A DNA stretch of 64,000 nucleotides. Source: Negativicutes bacterium (lineage in GTDB: Bacteria; Bacillota; Negativicutes; JAAYSF01). How positions within the stretch are numbered: position 1 is the first letter of the stretch; the number at the start of each line of letters is the position of its first letter. Of this stretch, positions 29,714 through 39,417 are shown piece after piece. The notes below the pieces were generated by a model. That model worked only from the letters and a program-made list of their open reading frames with translations. It ran no database searches and was not told where the DNA came from. The stretch lies in the NCBI GenBank assembly GCA_028707635.1, contig JAQWAQ010000002.1:11802-75801 (forward strand). Reading direction: 5' to 3'. Position numbers and translations under genes: made by a program.

Positions 29714-30751
29714 CTAACTCAAAAGCTGATAAATATACATACCGACACCGGTAATCACAACATTGACCAACGCCAGGGGCAGCAATACCTTCCAGCCAAG
29801 CGCCATAAGCTGATCAATCCGCAACCGGGGAAACGTCCAACGAAACCACATGAAAAGAAAAACCATTCCAGCGACCTTAAGGAAAAACCACACCCAACCC
29901 GGCAACCATGGGCCGTGCCATCCACCCAAAAAGAGGGTGGTCGCAATTGCCGAAACCGCGAATAAATTGGCATACTCGGCTAAGAAGAATAGGGCAAAGC
30001 GCATGCCGGTATATTCAGTAAAAGGGCCTGCTACTATTTCCGACTCACCCTCGACTAAATCAAACGGCGCCCGATTAATTTCAGCTGTTGCTGTAATAAC
30101 ATAAACAACAAAGGCAATTGGCTGTAACACAATAAACCAAACATTCTGCTGTGCTGCGACAATATCACTCATCCGCATCGAACCCACCATCATAACGACT
30201 CCCAGGATAGAAAGCACCATAGGAACCTCATAACTTAACATTTGAGCTACAGTCCGCATACCACCGATCAAGGCATACTTATTATTAGAGGCCCAACCAG
30301 CCATCAAAAAAGGTAAAACAGCCTGTGAAGACACCGCTATAAAATAGAAAATACCAATATTCAAATCAGCAAAAACAGCCTGATTATCAAACGGAAAAAC
30401 AGCATAGGCAGCGGCCGCCGGGATAAACAGTATCATAGGCGCTAGAATCCACATCCATTTGTCAGCACCGGCAGGCATAATATCCTCTTTCGACATCAAC
30501 TTAAACATATCAGCGATGGTCTGCAGTAGCCCATAGGGGCCGACACGATTCGGGCCTGACCGACTTTGCATAAAGGCACTGACTTTACGCTCGCCATATA
30601 CCAAGACAACTGCCGTCATCGAAATAATCCCAAAAATTACACCAATATTAATAAGGCTCATACTGATATCTACATACTGCGCTGGCAAATAGTGACCTAA
30701 AATATCGCGCAGCATTTCTGCAATAACATACAACCCTGTTACCTCTTGCAT
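29714..30751 (-). CDS. nuoH: NADH-quinone oxidoreductase subunit H
   Basis: 345-aa membrane subunit with a ...[14 protein letters not shown]... signature. Confidence 0.85.
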   Translation of the reverse strand: MQEVTGLYVIAEMLRDILGHYLPAQYVDISMSLINIGVIFGIISMTAVVLVYGERKVSAFMQSRSGPNRVGPYGLLQTIADMFKLMSKEDIMPAGADKWMWILAPMILFIPAAAAYAVFPFDNQAVFADLNIGIFYFIAVSSQAVLPFLMAGWASNNKYALIGGMRTVAQMLSYEVPMVLSILGVVMMVGSMRMSDIVAAQQNVWFIVLQPIAFVVYVITATAEINRAPFDLVEGESEIVAGPFTEYTGMRFALFFLAEYANLFAVSAIATTLFLGGWHGPWLPGWVWFFLKVAGMVFLFMWFRWTFPRLRIDQLMALGWKVLLPLALVNVVITGVGMYIYQLLS

Positions 30752-30776
30752 ACTTTACGACTCCCCTTTGTAAAAA

Positions 30777-31874
30777 TTAGCAATCCACTTCCCCCATCAG
30801 TGAATCTAACGTAGCCAACACAGCGACAACGTCAGCAATCAGCAAGCCCTGACAAGTTTCATTCAACGCCTGGAGATTAATAAAGGAGGGGCGGCGCACA
30901 TGGATGCGATAGGGTTTCGGTGAGCCATCACTAACAATATAATAGCCTAACTCGCCGCGGGGATTTTCAATAGAATGGTAAACATCACCAACTGGTGGTT
31001 TCAATACCTTCGGAACCTTTGCCATAACCGGCCCCTCTGGCAATTGCTCTACCGCCTGGGCAATAATACTCGCACTTTGCCGCATTTCTTCCATCCTGAC
31101 AAGATAACGATCCCAGCTGTCACCAGTTTGTCCTAGCGGAACACTAAAATCAAATCGGTCATAAATACCGTAAGGCTCAACCTTCCGCAGATCATAATCA
31201 ATCCCCGAAGCCCGTAGCGAAGGACCTGTCAGACCAAACTTCATGGCTTTCTCACCGCTAATAATTGCATTGTTTTTTAACCGGTTATATAAAATCTCAT
31301 TGCCTGTTAACAAGCCGTGATTTTCTTCCAACATCGCAGGAAAATCCGCTAAGAAACATTGCAGCGCAGGAATGAATTCAGGTGGCAGATCAGCTGACAC
31401 ACCGCCAAACCGGATATAACTATAAGTCATCCTCGCGCCGCAGGCCATATCAAACAAATCTAAAATACGTTCACGATCACGAAACCCAAACATCATACCT
31501 GTAGAAGCACCGAGATCAATCGCCAATGAACCCATAAAAATCAGATGACTGGCAATCCTATTAAGCTCAACCATAATAATCCGCAAATATTCAGCCCGTT
31601 CGGGAATCTCAATCCCCATCAGTTTTTCAACTGTCTGACAATACCCTAAATTATTTCCCATTGATGAAACATAATCCAAGCGATCCGTATAAGGAATAAA
31701 CTGGACATACGTACGACTTTCAGCCAGTTTTTCAATGCCGCGATGTAAATATCCCATATGGGGTATAGCTTCAACTACCTGCTCACCATCTAGTTCCAGC
31801 ACGACCTGTAACACACCATGCGTACTAGGATGCTGCGGCCCCATATTTAAAGTATACGTTTCTGTCTTTAACAT
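30777..31874 (-). CDS. nuoD: NADH-quinone oxidoreductase subunit D (49-kDa)
   Basis: 365 aa starting ...[14 protein letters not shown]... Confidence 0.85.
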   Translation of the reverse strand: MLKTETYTLNMGPQHPSTHGVLQVVLELDGEQVVEAIPHMGYLHRGIEKLAESRTYVQFIPYTDRLDYVSSMGNNLGYCQTVEKLMGIEIPERAEYLRIIMVELNRIASHLIFMGSLAIDLGASTGMMFGFRDRERILDLFDMACGARMTYSYIRFGGVSADLPPEFIPALQCFLADFPAMLEENHGLLTGNEILYNRLKNNAIISGEKAMKFGLTGPSLRASGIDYDLRKVEPYGIYDRFDFSVPLGQTGDSWDRYLVRMEEMRQSASIIAQAVEQLPEGPVMAKVPKVLKPPVGDVYHSIENPRGELGYYIVSDGSPKPYRIHVRRPSFINLQALNETCQGLLIADVVAVLATLDSLMGEVDC

Positions 31875-32350
31875 GAATGATTACCTCCGCCCCCTGGCAG
31901 CTGCCCAGCACCCGCCTTAAACGATTTACGCAAAGGATGTTCAGTAAACTCAGCCGGCATTAAAATACGCCGCAAATCCGGATGCCCGGTAAATGTTATC
32001 CCTAATAAATCATAGACCTCCCGCTCCTGAAAATTGGCTGAGGGCCAAATCGACGTCACAGAAGGCATTTGCGAATTCTCTGCCGCACAGCGGGCTTTTA
32101 TTGTAATCGAGTGACGAAGCGGCAAGGAATATAAATGATAAACCATTTCCATGTATTCCAAATAATCCACCGCTGTCAAATTCCGCAGCATATCAAATTG
32201 ATACGCCTCATAATTCTTGAGAATCCCGAGTATCTTAAGCAGATATTCCGGCTCAACCAGCAGAAACTGCTGCTTGTCCTCCCCAATGATTTGGGTCTCA
32301 CGTGAATACTGTGCTTGGATTTCAGCCAATAGCTCATTATTATTACTCAT
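31868..32350 (-). CDS. nuoC: NADH-quinone oxidoreductase subunit C (30-kDa)
   Basis: 160 aa; position between nuoB and nuoD. Confidence 0.8.
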   Translation of the reverse strand: MSNNNELLAEIQAQYSRETQIIGEDKQQFLLVEPEYLLKILGILKNYEAYQFDMLRNLTAVDYLEYMEMVYHLYSLPLRHSITIKARCAAENSQMPSVTSIWPSANFQEREVYDLLGITFTGHPDLRRILMPAEFTEHPLRKSFKAGAGQLPGGGGNHSC

Positions 32351-32862
32351 AATGTTTTCCTCGCAACATTAGGATCCTGAATCTTCCGTTTTAGTTCCAA
32401 CATCCCATGAATCAGTGCCTCCGGCCGGGGCGGACACCCTGGAATGTATACATCCACTGGCAGAATCTGATCAACACCGGGAACAACAGAATACGAATCT
32501 GCAAAAGGCCCGCCGGTATTGGCACAACTGCCCATCGCAATAACATACTTTGGCTCAGGCATCTGCTCATACAACCGTTTTAGCGGACCAGCCATTGCCC
32601 AAGTCAATGTACCTGCCACAATCAACAAATCAGCCTGTCGTGGCGAAGCGCGAAAAACCTCATAACCGAATCGTGACAAATCAAACCGCCCAGCTGCAGA
32701 TGACATCATTTCTATCGCACAACAAGCGAGGCCGGAAGACAACGGCCACAATGAATTACTTCGCGCCCAATTCAATACCGCATCAATACTTGTTACAAGA
32801 ATATTTTTCTGCAGCAACTCATTTTCTTGCTGCTCGCGTTCTGAAAAAGTCGTTACTTCCAT
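32347..32862 (-). CDS. nuoB: NADH-quinone oxidoreductase subunit B (20-kDa, N2 cluster)
   Basis: ...[12 protein letters not shown]...[10 protein letters not shown]...GCPPRPEAL... cluster ligands. Confidence 0.85.
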   Translation of the reverse strand: MEVTTFSEREQQENELLQKNILVTSIDAVLNWARSNSLWPLSSGLACCAIEMMSSAAGRFDLSRFGYEVFRASPRQADLLIVAGTLTWAMAGPLKRLYEQMPEPKYVIAMGSCANTGGPFADSYSVVPGVDQILPVDVYIPGCPPRPEALIHGMLELKRKIQDPNVARKTL

Positions 32863-33209
32863 TCCAAAGCTCCTTTCTTCCAGGCATATCCCAGTCCCAC
32901 TAATAAAATACTGAGAAAAATAAACATTTCAACAAAGGCGAACGTTCCCAATTCCTGAAACTTAATGGCCCAAAGATATAAGAAAACAGTTTCAACATCA
33001 AAAGCGACAAATACTAACGCATACAGAAAATAACTGGCTCTAAATTGCACCCAAGTTGTACCAACCGTATCCACACCACACTCATATGGCAAGGATTTCT
33101 CTACCCCTGGATCACGAGGTCGAAGCAGAAACGCTGTCCCTAGCGCTAAAAGCGGAAACACTAAGGCAACGATCAGCAATAACCCTACATTTCCAAACTC
33201 TTGTAACAT
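32853..33209 (-). CDS. nuoA: NADH-quinone oxidoreductase subunit A
   Basis: 118 aa with three TM helices; first gene of the operon. Confidence 0.8.
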   Translation of the reverse strand: MLQEFGNVGLLLIVALVFPLLALGTAFLLRPRDPGVEKSLPYECGVDTVGTTWVQFRASYFLYALVFVAFDVETVFLYLWAIKFQELGTFAFVEMFIFLSILLVGLGYAWKKGALEWK

Positions 33210-33469
33210 ATTCTTTCTCCCCCTTGTAAAACATTAAATATTCTGAATTTTGTCAGAAAGGTTATTGTATACAGTATTCAGTGTTGCTACTATTTTATTA
33301 TTTATTTTTATATCTGTCACATTACCTTTTGGTCATAAATCGACAAATTTCTCTAAAAACCATCATTTTTTAATTCCTTGCTTCTCCTAATAGCCTGTTT
33401 TATACAATTAGGCCCTTAATTAAAACGAGATGCCACATTTAAAATTGCCAACGAAAGTACTACATAAAT

Positions 33470-33510
33470 AACTGGACCCCGTCATTGACGGAGTCCAGTT
33501 AAAACCATTT
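33470..33510 (-). terminator. Intrinsic terminator after cotJC
   Basis: Near-perfect palindrome CTGGACTCCGTCAATGACGGGGTCCAG followed by a T-rich stretch on the minus strand. Confidence 0.55.
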
Positions 33511-33567
33511 TGCTTTTTCAGCTATCTACTTGATAGGGGGCACTTCAAAAACTGGCGGTTGTTTTGA

Positions 33568-34173
33568 TTACTCTTCTTTCTTTTCCCTATCACACCCGCA
33601 CCACATGTGCTTTGAGGTGGCCATCCACTCCTGGACATCGTTCAGGGCTTCGCCGAAGCGCTGGAAGTGGACTACTTCGCGCTGCCACAACCATCTTAGG
33701 GTATCCTTCGCTAACTCGTCGTCAGTGCAGGCAATAAGATGTTCATACGTTGAACGGGCTTTTTGCTCAGCCGCCATATCCTCGGTTAAATCGGTAATAG
33801 GATCGCCCAAACAGGCGATGTATTTTGCGGTCCAAGGAACTCCATTCGCATCTGTCCAGAATAAGCCGTTATCATGCTGAGTATACTGGCCTTCCCAACC
33901 GGCCTCTTTAAAATCTTCACAGGTCGCGCCATCGGTAAGCTTAAACACAAGGCCTGCGATCATTTCCATATGGGCCAGTTCTTCGGTCCCAATATCAGTC
34001 AAAAGCGCTTTTATTCTATCGGTCGGCATCGAGTAACGCTGGTTTAAATATCTTAGTGAAGCTGACAGTTCTCCGTCTGGGCCGCCGTATTGAGTGATAA
34101 CCATTTTGGCAAATTTGACATCAGGGCGGCAAACTCTAACTGGGTGCTCCATCTTTTTTTCATATATCCACAT
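33568..34173 (-). CDS. cotJC: Spore coat protein CotJC (manganese-catalase family)
   Basis: MWIYEKKMEHPVRV... ferritin-like Mn-catalase fold; follows cotJA-cotJB. Confidence 0.85.
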   Translation of the reverse strand: MWIYEKKMEHPVRVCRPDVKFAKMVITQYGGPDGELSASLRYLNQRYSMPTDRIKALLTDIGTEELAHMEMIAGLVFKLTDGATCEDFKEAGWEGQYTQHDNGLFWTDANGVPWTAKYIACLGDPITDLTEDMAAEQKARSTYEHLIACTDDELAKDTLRWLWQREVVHFQRFGEALNDVQEWMATSKHMWCGCDREKKEE

Positions 34174-34195
34174 AACCTTTTCTTCCCCTCCCTAC

Positions 34196-34456
34196 CTATA
34201 TTTCCCACGGCCAGGGTCCTTGGATCCATTGCCATTCATTCTTTTGGCTGAAGCCACCATGCCCGAAGTGCATCAGTGGTCCAAATTCTTCTTCGTATTC
34301 TTGTACAAGTACTCTGAGACGTTCAACGGCACAATTATAATCATTGATGGCCTCTGTATCACAGGGATGGGTGTCGAGATATAAATTGAGTTCAATCGCC
34401 ACAAACTCCATTTCTTGAACCCTTCTAAGCATTGCTACCTGCTTTTCGCAGTTCAT
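34196..34456 (-). CDS. cotJB: Spore coat protein CotJB
   Basis: 86 aa MNCEKQVAMLRRVQEMEFVAIELNLYLDTHP...; CotJB family. Confidence 0.8.
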   Translation of the reverse strand: MNCEKQVAMLRRVQEMEFVAIELNLYLDTHPCDTEAINDYNCAVERLRVLVQEYEEEFGPLMHFGHGGFSQKNEWQWIQGPWPWEI

Positions 34457-34477
34457 TATTATTCACCTCCGCTACTA

Positions 34478-34696
34478 TTACTCTGGTATCGGATATACAC
34501 CCCAAAGTTCAGGGAATAAAGTGCCTTTCATCAGCGCTTCCTGCGGACTAAATGCTTTATCGTAGTACTGCCATGGAACATAGGCATGGGCCAATATCAT
34601 TCTTTGCGGCATCATTCCCTTTTTCATGGACATTTCATCCATGTCGCCCATCTCATCACAATCTTCTTGCCACATTGGATAACTTTTCTTTTTCAT
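34478..34696 (-). CDS. cotJA: Spore coat-associated protein CotJA
   Basis: 72 aa MKKKSYPMWQEDCDE...LAHAYVPWQYYDKAFSPQEALMKGTLFPEL... ATG at 34696 after GAGGAGG. The ORF-track start at 34897 is an upstream extension. Confidence 0.75.
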   Translation of the reverse strand: MKKKSYPMWQEDCDEMGDMDEMSMKKGMMPQRMILAHAYVPWQYYDKAFSPQEALMKGTLFPELWGVYPIPE

Positions 34697-34769
34697 AGCC
34701 AGCCTCCTCTCATGAAATCTACTATATCTTATGTCAATTTTCTGCTCCTTGTTACTTGGCGAAAATAAA

Positions 34770-34810
34770 AAAATCCGATTTCTGTTATCTACAGAATCGG
34801 ATTGCTGTAT
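34770..34810 (-). terminator. Intrinsic terminator after the PspC-domain gene
   Basis: 12-bp stem AATCCGATTCTG-TAGATAA-CAGAAATCGGATT plus T-run on the minus strand. Confidence 0.6.
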
Positions 34811-34815
34811 TTTTC

Positions 34816-35097
34816 TTATGCATTGCTCGGCATAATGAGAAAAGCTAAAACGTATAGTATTATTCCAAAACCTCGATAAAAACTGGACACCGTCCACAAA
34901 AGCCGAATGAGGGTAACGTCAAATCCTGTATAATTGCTCACACCAGCACATACACCAAACACCATTCCATGGGACGGATCAAGTACCAAATGCCTGGCAG
35001 CTGGCAAAACATTGTTCATTGCACTCCCGTCATTCACAAACTGCCAGATCGTCAGACCACTCAGCAAATACGCACCTAGACGAATAATTCCCAGCAT
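34816..35097 (-). CDS. PspC-domain-containing membrane protein
   Basis: ...HGMVFGVCAGVSNYTGFDVTLIRLLWTV... PspC signature. The start is uncertain (35097 or 35019). Confidence 0.6.
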   Translation of the reverse strand: MLGIIRLGAYLLSGLTIWQFVNDGSAMNNVLPAARHLVLDPSHGMVFGVCAGVSNYTGFDVTLIRLLWTVSSFYRGFGIILYVLAFLIMPSNA

Positions 35098-35162
35098 ATC
35101 ACCGTACCGCCTCTCCCTACTGCTCTATTAACAGTATTGCCGGGAAATTTGCAGTTTAAACT

Positions 35163-36335
35163 CTAACTATTCGACGGTGTTACGAGCCGTAACTTTTTCG
35201 GGGCCGGAGGCGGCTGATTGTCTTCTTTACGCTTTTTAACGGTAGCGCGGCGGCTAACACTGATTAGTAGGCCAATAGCACAAAAATTGACAACAAGCGA
35301 TGTCCCGCCAAAACTGATAAAGGGCAGCGGTACGCCAACTACCGGTAGTAAACCGGATACCATGGCAATATTAATAACCCCTTGACCAACGACAATCCCA
35401 ATTGCGCCTATAGCCAGCAACTTACCAAACCCATCCGACGCAACAGCTGCTATTTTAGCGCCGTAAATACCAAGCAGGGCAAGCAAGACCAAGACAATAC
35501 CAGCACCAATAAAGCCCATCTCCTGACACAAAACAGCAAATGCAAAATCGGTATGCGCTTCTGGCAAGTAATAAAATTTACTTGTACCCATTCCCAGCCC
35601 AGTACCCCATAGACCGCCTGATCCAATGGCCATCAATGACTGCACTGTCTGATAACCGATTGAATCCTGATAAGCCCAAGGGTTAAGCCAAGCATAAATG
35701 CGGTCGGCTCGGTACGAAGCAACAAGCGACAACATTACTACCGCCGCCGTTCCGCCACAAACCAGCAGAGCGATTTGATGCCTCGGCAGCCCTGCAATAA
35801 GGTAGATCAGCAGACACAATCCAATAATAATCATCGCGGTTCCCATATCAGGCTGCTTAAGAACAAAACCAAATGTAATAAAACTAAACCACAAGGGTGC
35901 GCTGAAAAGATCAATTTTTCGATTACGATCAAGACGCGGCCCCAGGTAATTGGCTGTTATAATGACAACGGCCAGCTTAGCAATTTCAGAAGGTTGAAAT
36001 TTAATTCCTGCCAAATCAAGCCAGCGTCTGGCACCATTGGCTTCGGCCCCGCCAAAGTGCACAGCAACCAGCAGACCGATTGCTGCCAAACCAATAGGTA
36101 CAACGAATTTCCTTAAAATATGATAATTCATTCGACCAATTATCAACATTGCGACAAACCCAATCAAAAAAAACATCATGTGTCTTTTGAGAAAAAAATA
36201 ACTATCATGTAAAAGCTGTCCGGCTAGTACAAAACTGGCACTAAAGACATTTACTGTGCCAATCACAAATAGTATTAAAGTAATATAAAAAACTGCTTCA
36301 GTATGATTAGCCCATAGCTTTGTCGGCTTGTCCAT
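35163..36335 (-). CDS. SEDS-family peptidoglycan glycosyltransferase (FtsW/RodA/SpoVE)
   Basis: 390 aa with 10 TM helices and the SEDS motifs ...GVPLPFISFGGTSL... Confidence 0.8.
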   Translation of the reverse strand: MDKPTKLWANHTEAVFYITLILFVIGTVNVFSASFVLAGQLLHDSYFFLKRHMMFFLIGFVAMLIIGRMNYHILRKFVVPIGLAAIGLLVAVHFGGAEANGARRWLDLAGIKFQPSEIAKLAVVIITANYLGPRLDRNRKIDLFSAPLWFSFITFGFVLKQPDMGTAMIIIGLCLLIYLIAGLPRHQIALLVCGGTAAVVMLSLVASYRADRIYAWLNPWAYQDSIGYQTVQSLMAIGSGGLWGTGLGMGTSKFYYLPEAHTDFAFAVLCQEMGFIGAGIVLVLLALLGIYGAKIAAVASDGFGKLLAIGAIGIVVGQGVINIAMVSGLLPVVGVPLPFISFGGTSLVVNFCAIGLLISVSRRATVKKRKEDNQPPPAPKKLRLVTPSNS

Positions 36336-36514
36336 TCCTTTGCCCCCATAGCGCCTGGTAGCGTTAGTTCATCATCCTTATTATAGTAGAAAATTTTGTT
36401 CCCGCCAAGCCTAAAGACACTTTGGGTAGTAGCATCACACTCTATACTGCATATGATACAAAGCGGATAACTGCTGGCCGAGCTCACCGCCAGCTATGAT
36501 AAGAGGTGATTTGT

Positions 36515-37468
36515 GTGGAAATGACACCCTTCAACCTATTGGTGATTGATGTATCCAGTCATGCCCTGCTCTTAATTGACGCTCTTACAGGTCAAGCCCT
36601 TTCCAAAATGCCTTACCCTCCTGAGTATACGCCAGTCGGACTGGCCGTAACTAGCGACCTGGGAAAGGCCTATCTCCCTGCTGTAGACCAAAGCAGCGGC
36701 GGCGCGGTGTTTGCCGTCAATCTTAAAGCATGCTCACTTTACCAGCTACCGATCAAACTGCCACACCCCCTACAGTTCGCACTTGCTCCTGATAATAACA
36801 CTGTATATTTCACTGCGCCTGACGGCATTCTCTACAGCCTTGATACGATAGCGCTAAAACTAACTACATGCGGCCAGGCAGCAAATCAGGCTTGTACTTG
36901 TATCGGCCTGGCTGTAAGCAGCGAGAATGTTTACAGCGCGTGGGAAAGTGACAATAGCGGTGTAATCGCTGTATTTAGCCAGAATGGCGAACTGACAAAT
37001 GAGTATCCGGTCAGTGGCATTCCAACCAACATCGTTTATGACAAGAGTGGAGTGGTCATGGTTCCCTTTACATCAAATGGAACATATGGTGAAGGACTGT
37101 TTATCGTCCGCATCCACGAAAACTGTCCGCCCACCATTCTTACCATCCAATGCCCAGCCTGCGCGAACAGCAACGGGGCCTACCCCTGTCAAGCTACCCT
37201 TGCGCCTGATGGGCAGACCGCATATGTTGTCAACGAAGACAGCGGTTCAGTGACCATCATTGACCTCACTACAGGCACTGTTGTTGATCATTTCAGTGTC
37301 GGCCGATCTATATCAACACTAACTGTTTTGCCTGATGCCCATTTCGGTGTGGCCTCCAGTAATATGTTCGGTGACTTGGCCCTGATCGACCTTGTGAACG
37401 GCCGACTGCTTTCCTTCACCACTGATAACCACGAATTCTTGAGTTCAATCGCCGTTTTACCAAGATGA
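36515..37468 (+). CDS. YVTN-family beta-propeller repeat protein (YncE-like), no signal peptide
   Basis: Repeated about 40-aa units (...TAYVVNEDSGSVTIIDLTTGTVV...). Start is ambiguous (GTG 36515 or ATG 36521) after AAGAGGTGA. Confidence 0.55.
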   Translation: MEMTPFNLLVIDVSSHALLLIDALTGQALSKMPYPPEYTPVGLAVTSDLGKAYLPAVDQSSGGAVFAVNLKACSLYQLPIKLPHPLQFALAPDNNTVYFTAPDGILYSLDTIALKLTTCGQAANQACTCIGLAVSSENVYSAWESDNSGVIAVFSQNGELTNEYPVSGIPTNIVYDKSGVVMVPFTSNGTYGEGLFIVRIHENCPPTILTIQCPACANSNGAYPCQATLAPDGQTAYVVNEDSGSVTIIDLTTGTVVDHFSVGRSISTLTVLPDAHFGVASSNMFGDLALIDLVNGRLLSFTTDNHEFLSSIAVLPR

Positions 37469-37475
37469 AAAAATT

Positions 37476-37512
37476 CCCTGCTATGTTCCTCACATGGCAG
37501 AGAATTTTTTTT
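37476..37512 (+). terminator. Intrinsic terminator between convergent genes
   Basis: CCTGCTATGTTCCTCACATGGCAGAG plus AATTTTTTTTT. Confidence 0.6.
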
Positions 37513-37519
37513 TGCTTTA

Positions 37520-38671
37520 TCATTTTCCAAGCGGCCGCGGCCATTTTCCACCCCATTTGTATTTAGGCGGTTTTTGTTTGACTGGGGCTGTTTTATGCGG
37601 CTCCGGGGAATTGCAATCATCATCGATATCATCTTCTATGCCTTCTATGTCTTCTATGTCGTCCATGTTAACGGCCGGTGATTTATATATATTGAAATTG
37701 GCTTGCGGTTCCTCACAGTCCTCTTCCTCATAACATGCTTCTTCATCATGATCTTCGCAGTCCTCAACAGTTTCGCCACATTCGATAACCGGGTCAGAGC
37801 AAATTTCTTCTTCCATATCTTCGATGGCCTCAACGACTTCGCATTCCGGCTCAGTAGCTGTTACGCATGTTATAATACCCTTTTCCATCATGGCAAGAAT
37901 CATGAGAAAATGTTCAGCCTCACGGCGTACATGGTCGGCGAGCATTTCAGGAATTAATCCCACTAGCTTACACTGCGCAATCATCTCCTGGACAGCCCGT
38001 TTAAAGTCACGCAACTGACGGGTTGATGTATGAACATCCTGCAAAAATCGCCTAAATGATGGCACATCATTCTCATTGTGACTGAGCATGCTGGCAAAAT
38101 CATTACTCTGCAATAAAAGCGCATCGAAATCTTCGCTAAATTCGCGAGCCGTTGAAACTAGTGATCGCTCTGACGGGTCAATAAGGTGACTCATCAGGGC
38201 AGCATGTTCACCCATGATACGCACCCAAAAAGACGTCTCCTGCGTCTTGGCGGCTGCCTTTAGCCCAGGCCGGCCAGTGCGCATTTTATCAAATAAGCGC
38301 ATAACGTACTCCGCTTCTCGGGCCAAATGATCATACTGAATTGGAAAGATAGAACCGGCAAGCTTACAAGTCAACTTGAGCCGTAGAAGATGCCGCTTGA
38401 ATCGGTGAAATTCGCACACAACATCATAAGCATCACTGACTAATTCTTTGAATTTTTTTTCATTCTGTACCCGTTCGGCTCGATTACCAAGAGTATCGAA
38501 TTCCCGGATAAAGTTTTGGGCCTCATTGATAAGGTCGGTTCGGTCACAAGGTAGACCCATCTTAATAAATAGAGCATGTTCCTGCATAATATCTAGCCAA
38601 AATCTAACCTCTTCAATATTCAGAGGTTCCAATGGTTGCGGAACAGTATGAATGATCGGCTGACGCGGCAT
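37520..38671 (-). CDS. Tandem DUF2935-domain protein with Asp/Glu/Cys-rich C-terminal tail
   Basis: Two repeats of the ...FW..IM.EHA.F... unit. C-terminal 100 aa are about 45 % D/E and include DIEDIEGIEDDIDDD, encoded by 9-bp tandem repeats. Confidence 0.55.
   Translation of the reverse strand: MPRQPIIHTVPQPLEPLNIEEVRFWLDIMQEHALFIKMGLPCDRTDLINEAQNFIREFDTLGNRAERVQNEKKFKELVSDAYDVVCEFHRFKRHLLRLKLTCKLAGSIFPIQYDHLAREAEYVMRLFDKMRTGRPGLKAAAKTQETSFWVRIMGEHAALMSHLIDPSERSLVSTAREFSEDFDALLLQSNDFASMLSHNENDVPSFRRFLQDVHTSTRQLRDFKRAVQEMIAQCKLVGLIPEMLADHVRREAEHFLMILAMMEKGIITCVTATEPECEVVEAIEDMEEEICSDPVIECGETVEDCEDHDEEACYEEEDCEEPQANFNIYKSPAVNMDDIEDIEGIEDDIDDDCNSPEPHKTAPVKQKPPKYKWGGKWPRPLGK
37634..37669. repeat. 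4 x 9-bp imperfect tandem repeat (TTCTATGYC) inside the acidic tail coding region
   Basis: ttctatgcc ttctatgtc ttctatgtc gtccatgtt. Confidence 0.7.
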
Positions 38672-38756
38672 TGTAACACTCTCCCATCTTGCAAAATGAT
38701 GTTCTCTTACATTCTCTATTACAATATATGCCGCGTCTTACTTTTATGCTATAAGT

Positions 38757-39401
38757 TTACGGAAAAACCACTTCACAACGGTTAATTTTCATTCCAAGCC
38801 CGCTAAACTTTTGTTCATATTCAGTCATGATATTTCCCACAGCAAATTCACTATTGTGTAAATCATAAGTTACATTCTCGACAATTAGACCGGCTTCACA
38901 AAATTGCTCCAGGGAGAAATCAAATAATGGCTTGTTATCTGTCTTAAAGATGAGTCGGCTCCCACTTTTTAAAATCTGCCGGTATTTATTAAGGAAATTG
39001 ACATGAGTCAACCGGCGCTTAGCATGCCGTGCCTTAGGCCAGGGATCGCAAAAGTTGATATAAAGCTGATCAATTTCGTGCTCAGCAAAAATGTCCAAGA
39101 TGTTGTTGATATCAAAGACAAGCAGCCTTATATTATGCAACTCCTTAGCCGCCGCCTTTTGAGCTGCATAGAACAGAACATCAACCTGGGCTTCAATACC
39201 AATGAAGTTGCTATTTGTAGTCAACGCTGCTGTTTCAGTGATGAATCCGCCTTTTCCTGTACCAAGTTCAACATGAAGCGGCGCCCTACGGCCAAAAACC
39301 TCCTGCCACTTTCCTTTGGCACTGCTATCAGCGTTTTGGTGAACAAAGTGAGAATATTGGTTTATTGCCTCGGCAATCCAGGGTTTTTTCCGCAAACGCA
39401 C
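38757..39401 (-). CDS. trmB: tRNA (guanine46-N7)-methyltransferase TrmB
   Basis: ...ELGTGKGGFI...CDPWPKARHAKRRL... TrmB signature. Confidence 0.85.
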   Translation of the reverse strand: MRLRKKPWIAEAINQYSHFVHQNADSSAKGKWQEVFGRRAPLHVELGTGKGGFITETAALTTNSNFIGIEAQVDVLFYAAQKAAAKELHNIRLLVFDINNILDIFAEHEIDQLYINFCDPWPKARHAKRRLTHVNFLNKYRQILKSGSRLIFKTDNKPLFDFSLEQFCEAGLIVENVTYDLHNSEFAVGNIMTEYEQKFSGLGMKINRCEVVFP

Positions 39402-39417
39402 TTAGAATCCCGCTCCT

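Noticed and set aside
37288-37733. Two overlapping ORFs in the convergent gap between the YVTN and DUF2935 genes
   Set aside because: They overlap the terminator hairpin and the 3' coding end of the DUF2935 gene, and have no RBS.
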